Below are positions 8,869-16,127 of a stretch of 64,000 nt of DNA, piece after piece. This DNA is from an uncultured Verrucomicrobiota bacterium (lineage in GTDB: Bacteria; Verrucomicrobiota; Verrucomicrobiia; Limisphaerales; J093). The stretch is taken from assembly GCA_964466945.1 (NCBI GenBank), contig CAYXPA010000001.1, positions 5,516 to 69,515 on the forward strand, in the 5' to 3' direction. The translations under genes and the position numbers were made by a program. The notes below the pieces were generated by a model. That model made no database searches. It saw nothing but the letters and a program-made list of their open reading frames with translations, and had not been told where the DNA came from. Every line of letters starts with the position of its first letter. Positions within the stretch are counted from its first letter, which is position 1.

Positions 8869-9330
8869 TCAGCGCGTCTGGGCGAAGAGCATGAGCACGC
8901 GCGGCCCCTTGTCGGTCTGGAGCTGGAATTGCTCCTCCTGAAAGCCGTGCGGCACGGCCAGGCCGTCGCAGGTTTTGTCGTAGGTGGGCTGGCCGTCCAC
9001 CAGGAGCATGTAATGGTGGGTGCGGTTGCCGGGGATGTGGTGGATGGTCACGTGCCAGGCGTCCAGTCGGCCGTCGCGGATCAGCGGCACGGGTTTCCAG
9101 TGGGTGAACGAGCCGACCACTTCGACCCGTTCGGGTTCCTTGGTCTGGCCGTCGGGCAGCCGGTAGCGAAAGACCTTGCTGTAGGTCTGGCCCCGGTTCT
9201 GGTTGCCCGGCGCGGGCGGGCGCGGCCCGGCCGGTGGCTCGGGCACCATCGGTCCACCCACGCGTGCGGGGGGCTTACGCGAATCCAACAAACTGCGCAG
9301 ATATCCAATCATGTCGGCTCGGAATTCCAT
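8869..9330 (-). CDS. small CBM48/AMPK-beta-type glycogen-binding domain protein (paralog of 310..642)
   Basis: The 3' end of ORF 8869..10428 reads VEVVGSFTHWKPVPLIRDGRLDAWHVTIHHIPGNRTHHYMLLVDGQPTYD. Start is ATG 9330 (MEFRADMIGYL) or 9312. The rest of the long ORF is antisense to the DHPS-like gene. Confidence 0.6.
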   Translation of the reverse strand: MEFRADMIGYLRSLLDSRKPPARVGGPMVPEPPAGPRPPAPGNQNRGQTYSKVFRYRLPDGQTKEPERVEVVGSFTHWKPVPLIRDGRLDAWHVTIHHIPGNRTHHYMLLVDGQPTYDKTCDGLAVPHGFQEEQFQLQTDKGPRVLMLFAQTR

Positions 9331-9516
9331 CCCCGCGTCGCGGCGAACCCGGCGGCTGCCGCCCGGCAGGGGAGGGCAGAGCGTAACGGTTGGCCGGGGG
9401 ACTGCAACCGGGGAGCGCGCACGGACGTACATTTTTTTCGCGTACGGGTTGGCGACCGGGCGACGACCGGGGCCGCACGATTTGGCAGGGCGTTTCGCGC
9501 GGGTATAGTGCCGCCC

Positions 9517-10404
9517 ATGTTGAGCCTGGAGCATTTGGCCGAACTGGCCGCCACGCACCGCGAGGCCCTGGGCGCGCGCGTCCGGGAATTTGAGCTGCGC
9601 GGCCGCCGCTTCGCCTTTAACTCGCGCCCGGCCATCTTGGGCGTGATCAACCTGTCCGCCGATTCCTGGTACCGCGAAAGCGTGTGCCTCACCGCCGAGC
9701 GCGCCGTCCAGCGTGGCCGCGTGTTGGTCGCCCAGGGGGCCGATCTGGTGGACGTGGGCGCCGAGTCCACCCTGGCCCACGCGGCTCGGGCTGACGAGGC
9801 GGTTCAGAACAGTCGCCTCCTGCCCGTGGTGCGCGAACTGGCCGCCGCCGGCGTGCTGGTGTCTGTGGAGACCTACCAGCCGGCGGTCGCCCGTGCCTGC
9901 CTGGAGGCCGGCGCCGCGGTGTTGAACCTCACCGGCACGGCCGGGGCCGAGGAAATGTTCCGCCGGGTGGCCGACCACGACGCGGCGGTCATCTTGTGTT
10001 ACGTCCAGGGCGAACACGTGCGGGCGGTGGGCGATTTTGATTTCGGCGCCGACCCGGTGGGCCTGATGGAGGACTACTTCGCCCGGCAGATCGAAACCGC
10101 CACGCGGTGCGGGGTGGAGAAAATCCTCGTGGACCCCGGGCTGGGTTTTTACTACCGGAACCTTCAGGACAGCGCCGTGCGGGTGCGGCACCAGATGCGC
10201 GTGTTTTTGAACACCTTTCGGCTGCGCCGGCTGGGGTTCCCGGTCTGCCACGCCCTGCCGCACGCCTTCGAGTACTTCGGCGAGGAGGTGCGGTGCGCCG
10301 AACCGTTCTTCGCCGTGCTGGCGGCGCTGGGCCGCACCGACTTGTTTCGCACGCACGAAGTGCCGCGCATCCGGGCCGTGCTCGACACGCTGGCAGTGTA
10401 CTGA
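9517..10404 (+). CDS. dihydropteroate synthase-like pterin-binding protein
   Basis: ILGVINLSADSWY..., GADLVDVGAEST, LVSVETYQP, ILVDPGLGF and the C-terminal FRTHEV follow the DHPS TIM-barrel motif order. The canonical DSFSDGG is replaced by DSWYRES, so true FolP function is uncertain. Start is ATG 9517 inside ORF 8794..10404. Confidence 0.7.
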   Translation: MLSLEHLAELAATHREALGARVREFELRGRRFAFNSRPAILGVINLSADSWYRESVCLTAERAVQRGRVLVAQGADLVDVGAESTLAHAARADEAVQNSRLLPVVRELAAAGVLVSVETYQPAVARACLEAGAAVLNLTGTAGAEEMFRRVADHDAAVILCYVQGEHVRAVGDFDFGADPVGLMEDYFARQIETATRCGVEKILVDPGLGFYYRNLQDSAVRVRHQMRVFLNTFRLRRLGFPVCHALPHAFEYFGEEVRCAEPFFAVLAALGRTDLFRTHEVPRIRAVLDTLAVY

Positions 10405-10476
10405 ACTTTGGCGCGCTACGAGGGCCAACCTCCACCGGCCGCCGCCGACACGGGCAAGTTCTCGCCCGCGGACCGT

Positions 10477-10905
10477 TCAGGCCCGTTGGGGGAACACGTG
10501 GTAAAGCAGCCAGTAAATCAGCACACCGGTCACGCTCACGTACAGCCACAGCGGCCAGGTCCAACGGGCGATGCGGCGGTGCTGCTCGAAGCGCCCGCGC
10601 CACGCCCGCCACAACGTGAGCAGGACCAGCGGCACGATGGCAATGGCGCCCACCAGGTGCGTGAACAGGAGGCCCAGGTAAATCGGTCGGAACCACGCCG
10701 GCTCCATGAACCGCGTGTGGCCCACCTGGGCGTGGTAAATCAGGTACGAGGTCAGAAAGGCCAGCGAGGTGACACAAGCGGCCAACATGCAGTTGCGGTG
10801 CGCCACGCGCTGCTGGCGGCGGATGCAGACGTAGCCCGCCAGCAAGAGCAGCGTGCTCGTGGTGTTCAGGGCTGCGTTCAGGGCCGGTAGGTCGGTCAGG
10901 CTCAT
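10477..10905 (-). CDS. DUF420-family membrane protein (cytochrome oxidase-associated, CtaM-like)
   Basis: 142 aa with four TM helices (LNTTSTLLLLAGYVCIRR...HRNCMLAACVTSLAFL...). The ATG at 10905 overlaps the stop of the SCO1 gene (ATGA), which indicates translational coupling. Confidence 0.7.
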   Translation of the reverse strand: MSLTDLPALNAALNTTSTLLLLAGYVCIRRQQRVAHRNCMLAACVTSLAFLTSYLIYHAQVGHTRFMEPAWFRPIYLGLLFTHLVGAIAIVPLVLLTLWRAWRGRFEQHRRIARWTWPLWLYVSVTGVLIYWLLYHVFPQRA

Positions 10906-11636
10906 GGCGTGTCGCGCGCAGGCCAAGGTGCTTCGGCCGCCAGTTTCGGCAAGTCCACCAGCACGGCTTCCAGAGCGGCCGGGTCCTCGCCGTCGTAACT
11001 GGCGCGCACCCGTCCCCGGGCGTCCACCAACACCACGCGCGTGCTGTGGATGAACAGGTCCTCGGGCCGCGCGCGGGCCGGGTCCGGATTTTCCCCCACA
11101 GCGAGGAGCAGTTGGCGCGTGGCCAGGGTGTACAGTTCCACCTGCGGGCCGGTCAGGAAGTGCCAGCGCCGGGTGTCCGCGCCGAAGGCCGCGGCGTAGC
11201 GACGCAGCACCTCCGGGGTGTCGAAAGCCGGGTCGGCGGTGAGCGTGACGAAGCAGAGGTCGGCCGCATCCGGCAGGCGTTTTTGGAGCGCGGCCAGATT
11301 GCGCGTCATCCGCACGCACGGGCCGGGGCAGCGGGTGAAGATGACGCACGCCAGCCAGGGACGGCCCCGCAGCGTCTCGGCGGTGACGACTGCTCCGGCC
11401 TGGTTGATGAGCGTGAAGCCGGTCACCTGGCTCAACACCGGCAGCGGCGGACCGGCCGGGCGGGGCGCCGGCGCGAGCCGCGAGTAGGCGAAGGCGCCGA
11501 GCACCAGGCCCACGGCCAGGCCCAGCCCGCTCCAGACCAGCCACTCGAGTTTTGGCGGCGGCGGTTGATTCATCAAAGCCCGCAGCATGCCGCAGGTCGG
11601 GCCGTGAGACAACGCCCACAGAAGGTTGGCCGCCAC
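10902..11636 (-). CDS. SCO1/SenC copper chaperone (thioredoxin fold)
   Basis: VIFTRCPGPCVRMT (CxxxC copper site) and the downstream HSTRVVLVD His motif, with an N-terminal TM anchor. The start could be 11636, 11588 or 11573. Confidence 0.85.
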   Translation of the reverse strand: MAANLLWALSHGPTCGMLRALMNQPPPPKLEWLVWSGLGLAVGLVLGAFAYSRLAPAPRPAGPPLPVLSQVTGFTLINQAGAVVTAETLRGRPWLACVIFTRCPGPCVRMTRNLAALQKRLPDAADLCFVTLTADPAFDTPEVLRRYAAAFGADTRRWHFLTGPQVELYTLATRQLLLAVGENPDPARARPEDLFIHSTRVVLVDARGRVRASYDGEDPAALEAVLVDLPKLAAEAPWPARDTP

Positions 11637-11683
11637 CGGCGGCGCATTTCATTTTCTGACCACGGGTCGCCGGGGGGCGCTGC

Positions 11684-11821
11684 GCGTAGCGCAGACTTCC
11701 AAGTCTGCCGTACCGCGGATTTCCAATCCGCCAACGCGGCGAACTCCCGGACAGTCACGACCGGTCTGGGCCCGCCGACTGGAAGTCGGCGATACGGCAG
11801 GTTGGGAAACCTGCGCTACGC
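11684..11821. repeat. 138-bp MITE/REP-like palindromic element made of four short hairpins with ~45-bp terminal inverted repeats
   Basis: Four hairpins: GCAGACTT-cc-AAGTCTGC (11691-11708), GCGGATT-tcc-AATCCGC (11715-11731), CGCCGACT-gga-AGTCGGCG (11773-11791) and GCAGGTT-ggga-AACCTGC (11797-11814). The ends, gcgtagcgcag... and ...ctgcgctacgc, are reverse complements. A partial second copy lies at 45478..45568. Confidence 0.7.
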
Positions 11822-11879
11822 CGGGGATGACCGCCGGCCATAAACTGAAATGCGCCCCGCGACCGGGGCGGGAGTGGCT

Positions 11880-13196
11880 TCAGCCAAACCGCCGCCGCAA
11901 CCGCCAGGCGTCGTAGGTCAGGCGCTGGGCGGAGTTCATCCGGGCAAAGTCCGGCGCGCCGTCCGGTCGCACGGGCCAGGCGGGAGCGGATTCGGGGGCG
12001 GACGGAGCAACGGTCGGCGCGGTTCCGGAGGGCGGTCGAGGAGTTTGGACTTCCGCGGGCGGAGTTGCGGGGCGCGGAGCGGCCAGGGGGTTGTGACGGA
12101 TTTCGACCGTGGACCGCGTCGAGCCGCCGCCGTAGCTCATGGCCGGGTCGGTCAGCTCGAGGTCTTTTTCCAACGGCCGGTGTGGTTTGATGCCCTTGGC
12201 CTGGAGGACGCCGTGGTAGGCGCGCACGGCTTCTTCGGGCGTGAGGCGGCCGTCGGTGATGAGCCGGAGCATCTCGATGAAAGCGAGCTGGTGCTCGGCG
12301 TGGTTGATCTTGCGGCCGAACAGAGCCACGCGCGCGCCGTATTTCTGCGCGTCGTGGATGAGTTTGAAGGCGTCGTACGTGGTGCCGGCGCTGCCACCCA
12401 GGATGCCCACGACCATGTTGGGGTCGTACTGGCAAAGCTCCTCGAGCGCGCGCGGGCCGTGATAGACGATTTTGAGGAAGAGCGGTCGGCCGGCCTCGGG
12501 CACGCCGGCCAGCGTGCGCAGGATGTTGTCATTGATGAATTCGCCCAGTTTCTCGGGCGGGATGCCGCTGTCCACGTTCGGGTCGAACACCTCGAGGAAG
12601 TGCCGGAACCGCTTGCGCTCGGCCTCTTCGCGGAAGGCCTTGTAGGCCTCGAGGGTGCGACGGTCCTGCTCGACGTCGTTGACCCAGGTGACGCTGTACA
12701 AGCCGAGGTTGGCGCCGGGGAACTCCTCGGTGGAGCGGTCGCACTCGACGCGTCCGCACTGGATGTGGTCAATGCTGGCGCTGCGAAAGGGCTGCGCCGG
12801 CTCGCGGGTGTAGCTGCCGTGGCGGGCGGCCCAGACGTCGGTGGTGTCGTTGGCGCGCGCAGCGGGGGTGACGGGGGAATCGCGGAACAACCCTTCCCGG
12901 ATGGTCAGCAGGTCGTTCACGTAGGCGGACATGAGCATGATGTCCACCAGGCCCTGGTGCACCACCTCGCGGATGATGTCCAAGAACTCGGGCAGGTTGC
13001 GGTAGCCGAACTCCTCGCGGGTCCACACCTCGGGCGAGAACTGGGCGGGCCGGGCGCCGCGCGCGGAGAGGTAGGTGCGCGGGCCGGGCGCGCGCACGCC
13101 GAAGGCCATGTCCGCGTCCTTCGCGTCGGCGAGGATGAAGGTGCGCGTGCGCGGGTGGGCCTTGATCTCGGCCAGTTTGACGTCGAGGGATTTCAT
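11880..13196 (-). CDS. class I aldolase-like TIM-barrel protein (DhnA/FbaB/LacD-like) with Pro-rich linker and C-terminal basic helix
   Basis: 438 aa from ATG 13196 (MKSLDVKLAEIK). It contains ILADAKDADMAFG, FLKIVYHG (candidate Schiff-base Lys strand) and GARVALFGRKINHAE, which resembles the GxxGxxxGRN motif of DhnA-type aldolases. The tail reads AAPRPATPPAEVQTPRPPSGTAPTVAPSAPESAPAWP...FARMNSAQRLTYDAWRLRRRFG. The family assignment is by motif only. Confidence 0.55.
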   Translation of the reverse strand: MKSLDVKLAEIKAHPRTRTFILADAKDADMAFGVRAPGPRTYLSARGARPAQFSPEVWTREEFGYRNLPEFLDIIREVVHQGLVDIMLMSAYVNDLLTIREGLFRDSPVTPAARANDTTDVWAARHGSYTREPAQPFRSASIDHIQCGRVECDRSTEEFPGANLGLYSVTWVNDVEQDRRTLEAYKAFREEAERKRFRHFLEVFDPNVDSGIPPEKLGEFINDNILRTLAGVPEAGRPLFLKIVYHGPRALEELCQYDPNMVVGILGGSAGTTYDAFKLIHDAQKYGARVALFGRKINHAEHQLAFIEMLRLITDGRLTPEEAVRAYHGVLQAKGIKPHRPLEKDLELTDPAMSYGGGSTRSTVEIRHNPLAAPRPATPPAEVQTPRPPSGTAPTVAPSAPESAPAWPVRPDGAPDFARMNSAQRLTYDAWRLRRRFG

Positions 13197-13461
13197 GGGG
13201 CCGCCCCCTCTGCCGCGAAGCGCACCCGGCATGAACGCCGCGGGTTGTGGTTTCGAAACCATCCGACCGTGGCGGGGCGTTCGAGCGCGTCCGCCCTGAC
13301 GAACCGCGGCCCTTTGACTGCTGGTGCCGAACCGGCAGGCAACCCGGGATGACCGGGGAACGTGCTTTGCCGGCCGGCGTCCTGACCCGTCCCCGTCCCG
13401 GCGTGTTGCGGGCGTCTGTGGGCGGCGGTTTCCACTTTCGGGTTTCTTGGGGCGTTGGGGC

Positions 13462-14523
13462 TCACTTCATCTGGGCCATGATCTGGTCGGTCACGGCCTG
13501 CACCACCGCCTCGGCCTCGGGGTCGAAGCCCGCGCCGGCGTCGGCCCGGGCGGGCACCTGGCAGGTGACGCCGGGGCGCCACTCCTCGTTGTCGCACAGC
13601 TCGCATTCCTTGAGGCCGTAGCGCGGGTCCACGTAGCCCAGGCTTTGCTTGATCTGGAGCAGCTCGCGGAGTTGCTGGGGGGTGAAGGTGTTGGGTTTGA
13701 CGCCCAGTTGGGTGGTGACCAGAAGGGTGCGGCAGTAGGCCTCGATGATCTCCATGCGCCAGTAGGCCTCTTCGAGGTTGTTGTGGCTCCAGGTCACCAC
13801 GCCGTGGTTGGCCATGAGGATGGTGTTGTGCTGGTCCACCAGGTCGGCCACCAGCTTGCCCATCTCGGGCGTGCCGGGCGTGCGGTACGGCGCCACGGCC
13901 ACGGCGCAGAAGACCTCGTACTCGGGCAACATGCAGGTGGGCGGGGCCATGCCGGCCACGGCGAAGCCGGTGGCGTAAGGCGGGTGCGCGTGGCACGTGG
14001 CCACGGCCTTGGGCTGGCGCTGCATGATCTGCAGGTGCATGAGGATTTCGCTGGTGCGCTTGCGCGTGCCCAGGAGCTGGTTGCCCTCGAAGTCCACCAG
14101 ACACATGTCCTCCGGCTTGAGCGCGCCCTTGCTGACCAGCGTGGGGGTGCAAAGGGCGATGTCCTCGCCCACGCGGATGGCCATGTTGCCGCCGTTGCCG
14201 TCCACGTAGGCGCGCAGCCACAGGCGCCGACCCATCTCGCAAATCTGCTGCTTGAGTTCGAGGGCTTGCGGCGAGTGGAAAAAGGCCTCGAGCTCGGCGC
14301 GCGGGGATTTGGAAGTGAGCGGCCGGGCGGGGGCGCTCGGCGGGCCGCCGCGGGCGAGCGACGCGGCGGCGGCCGGGCGCGCCGCGCCGCGGCCGGATTC
14401 GAGCACGTCGCGGATCAAATCGCGGGCCGAAGGGGTCAGCAGCGCATCGGCCGGGATCGAGTTCAGGTCTCCGCCCCGGCGGAGCAGGTCTTCAACGTCG
14501 CGGGCACTGATGACTTTTTTCAT
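13462..14523 (-). CDS. class II aldolase/adducin-family aldolase (PVM-BMC signature enzyme, fuculose/rhamnulose-1-P aldolase-like) with terminal extensions
   Basis: Core motifs GNGGNMAIRV, TSEILMHLQIM..., ATCHAHPPYATGFA and ILMANHGVVTW. The C-terminal amphipathic peptide is EAEAVVQAVTDQIMAQMK. The N-terminal ~75 aa extension is MKKVISARDVEDLLRRGG...TPSARDLIRDVL plus an Ala/Pro linker. Confidence 0.9.
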   Translation of the reverse strand: MKKVISARDVEDLLRRGGDLNSIPADALLTPSARDLIRDVLESGRGAARPAAAASLARGGPPSAPARPLTSKSPRAELEAFFHSPQALELKQQICEMGRRLWLRAYVDGNGGNMAIRVGEDIALCTPTLVSKGALKPEDMCLVDFEGNQLLGTRKRTSEILMHLQIMQRQPKAVATCHAHPPYATGFAVAGMAPPTCMLPEYEVFCAVAVAPYRTPGTPEMGKLVADLVDQHNTILMANHGVVTWSHNNLEEAYWRMEIIEAYCRTLLVTTQLGVKPNTFTPQQLRELLQIKQSLGYVDPRYGLKECELCDNEEWRPGVTCQVPARADAGAGFDPEAEAVVQAVTDQIMAQMK

Positions 14524-14674
14524 GGCGGGAAAGGGCGAAAGGTGGCGAAGGGCAGCGCGGGGGCGACACTTGCGGGCGACGGGCCACGGCGTGGGAAAAT
14601 CGTCGGCCCGGGGGCCGGGAGGGCCCCGCTTTGCGAGTTGCGGCCAGATTCAGGGGCGCACGCGCGCGCCGGCG

Positions 14675-14917
14675 TCAGGCCGTTTGCGGGGAGGGCTGCA
14701 ACAACTCGACACGCACCACGTGCAGCGGCGAAGCGTGAACGATTTTTTCCGGAACACCGGTTTCCGCATCGGGTGCCAGGGCAATCTCGAGGGTGTGCTT
14801 GGTGATCATCAAAAAATCCCGGTGCGGAATGTCGAAGCTTCGGCCGTCCGTAAACACGATCCGAAACGGGACAAAGGGCTGCTGATCGCGCAGGGCTTTG
14901 AGGTCTTCCGGACGCAT
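14675..14917 (-). CDS. small conserved-looking hypothetical protein inside the BMC operon
   Basis: MRPEDLKALRDQQPFVPFRIVFTDGRSFDIPHRDFLMITKHTLEIALAPDAETGVPEKIVHASPLHVVRVELL. The composition is globular rather than low-complexity, and the gene is co-oriented between BMC-P and the aldolase. Start is ATG 14917, with 14932 or GTG 14980 as alternatives. No family recognised. Confidence 0.4.
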   Translation of the reverse strand: MRPEDLKALRDQQPFVPFRIVFTDGRSFDIPHRDFLMITKHTLEIALAPDAETGVPEKIVHASPLHVVRVELLQPSPQTA

Positions 14918-15010
14918 AATGCAGGGGACCATGCGCCAGGGCTGGCCCGGACGGCAAGACGGTTGTTTTGGCGCTTGCACGTGCGCGGGAGTTGCGGGGC
15001 GGCGGCTGGG

Positions 15011-15316
15011 TCATGGTGGGAAAGGCGAGTAGAAGACCGCGTCAATGAGCGCGGTGTTGATGGCGTCCACCGGCGTGGGCCGGTCAAAGGGTTGGGCGGC
15101 TTCGCGGCCCTCGACGTAGCCGATCACGTCGCCCACGCCCCCGCCCAGGTTGTCATAGACCACCAGGCTGGGGTCCTTGCCGAGGGTGATGGGCCGCTCG
15201 CCGTCGCGCGGGAAATGGTCGCGCGTGAACGGGCTGACCAATAGCCAGCGCCCGCCGGCAAACGCCGGGATGGTGCGGTTGAGCGTCACGCGGCCGATGA
15301 CGGTGCCCAGTTTCAT
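15011..15316 (-). CDS. BMC vertex (pentamer) protein, EutN/CcmL family (BMC-P)
   Basis: MKLGTVIGRVTLNRTIPAFAGGRWLLV...DPSLVVYDNLGGGVGDVI is the typical EutN/CcmL pattern. The ATG overlaps the stop of the upstream BMC-P gene (ATGA at 15313-15316). Confidence 0.9.
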   Translation of the reverse strand: MKLGTVIGRVTLNRTIPAFAGGRWLLVSPFTRDHFPRDGERPITLGKDPSLVVYDNLGGGVGDVIGYVEGREAAQPFDRPTPVDAINTALIDAVFYSPFPP

Positions 15317-15660
15317 GGCTGACGTGCCGGCGCCGGAGTGATTGCCGGCGGAGGAGGGGGATGGCCGCCCGCGGCGTCTTCGAGCGCGTTGGTGCCGGGC
15401 GTCACTTCGTCCACGATGCCGATGATCATCCAGCGGGCGGGGCTTTTGTCGTCGCCCACCGCGCGGCGCGCGGCCAGGCCGTCGCTGGACAAGATCACCC
15501 GCTGGTGGAGGCCGGCGCCGAGGGCGTCGAGGGCGACCAGGGGCGCGGCCTCCGGCTGACCCTCGCGGCCGATGGGCTGGCAGAGGATCAGCCGCCAGCC
15601 CGCGAAGCTGGGGTGCTTCCGGGTGGCGGTGACGTGACCTTCGACGCGGGCGAGCAACAT
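15313..15660 (-). CDS. BMC vertex (pentamer) protein, EutN/CcmL family (BMC-P)
   Basis: MLLARVEGHVTATRKHPSFAGWRLILCQPI...LVALDALGAGLHQRVILSSDG...MIIGIVDEV, followed by a Pro-rich tail. Confidence 0.9.
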   Translation of the reverse strand: MLLARVEGHVTATRKHPSFAGWRLILCQPIGREGQPEAAPLVALDALGAGLHQRVILSSDGLAARRAVGDDKSPARWMIIGIVDEVTPGTNALEDAAGGHPPPPPAITPAPARQP

Positions 15661-15699
15661 GGAAGCGAGGAGTGGGAAGTGAGGAGTGGGAAGCGGGAA

Positions 15700-16110
15700 T
15701 TATCCGGGCCCGGCACAGGGACCGGCTATGGCTTTTGTGTACCCGCTGAGCAGCCGTGCGACCTCCTCGTAGCCGACGAGCAACGCCGAGGGATCGGCGT
15801 AGCCCAAGTCCCGGGCGAGAATCAGGTAGTAGTGAACCTCTTCGAGTGAGCCGCGTGCGATGTTCATGTACCGGGCCTTGTCGGATGCGCCCCGTTTGAC
15901 AAAGCCTTCGGCGATGTTGGCCGGCACCGACACCGCCGCCCGGCGCAGTTGCGAGGTCAGCCCGTAGAGTACCACCGCCGGGAAGTTTTGGGTTACCTGG
16001 TAGATTTTCAGGACGAGTTCGTGGGCTTTACGCCAAACCAAGAGGTCTTCGAAACTCCTGGCCGGACCGGTCCACGGCCTGTCTTGCTCGCTGGCGGCCT
16101 CGCTTCTCAC
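15700..16110 (-). CDS. four-helix-bundle protein (23S rRNA intervening-sequence protein family)
   Basis: SFEDLLVWRKAHELVLKIYQVTQNFP...LTSQLRRAAVSVPANIAEG...ARGSLEEVHYYLILARDLGY is the characteristic pattern of this family. There is no in-frame ATG. The likely start is GTG 16110, preceded by AGGAGCGAGGAGCAAGAA. The remainder of ORF 15700..17508 is out of frame over the aldehyde dehydrogenase gene. Confidence 0.8.
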   Translation of the reverse strand: MRSEAASEQDRPWTGPARSFEDLLVWRKAHELVLKIYQVTQNFPAVVLYGLTSQLRRAAVSVPANIAEGFVKRGASDKARYMNIARGSLEEVHYYLILARDLGYADPSALLVGYEEVARLLSGYTKAIAGPCAGPG

Positions 16111-16127
16111 TTCTTGCTCCTCGCTCC

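Noticed and set aside
9517-10404. Calling this gene folP outright
   Set aside because: The pterin-binding TIM-barrel motifs are present, but the substrate-loop motif deviates (DSWYRES) and no folK, folB or folC neighbours are present. It is kept as DHPS-like.
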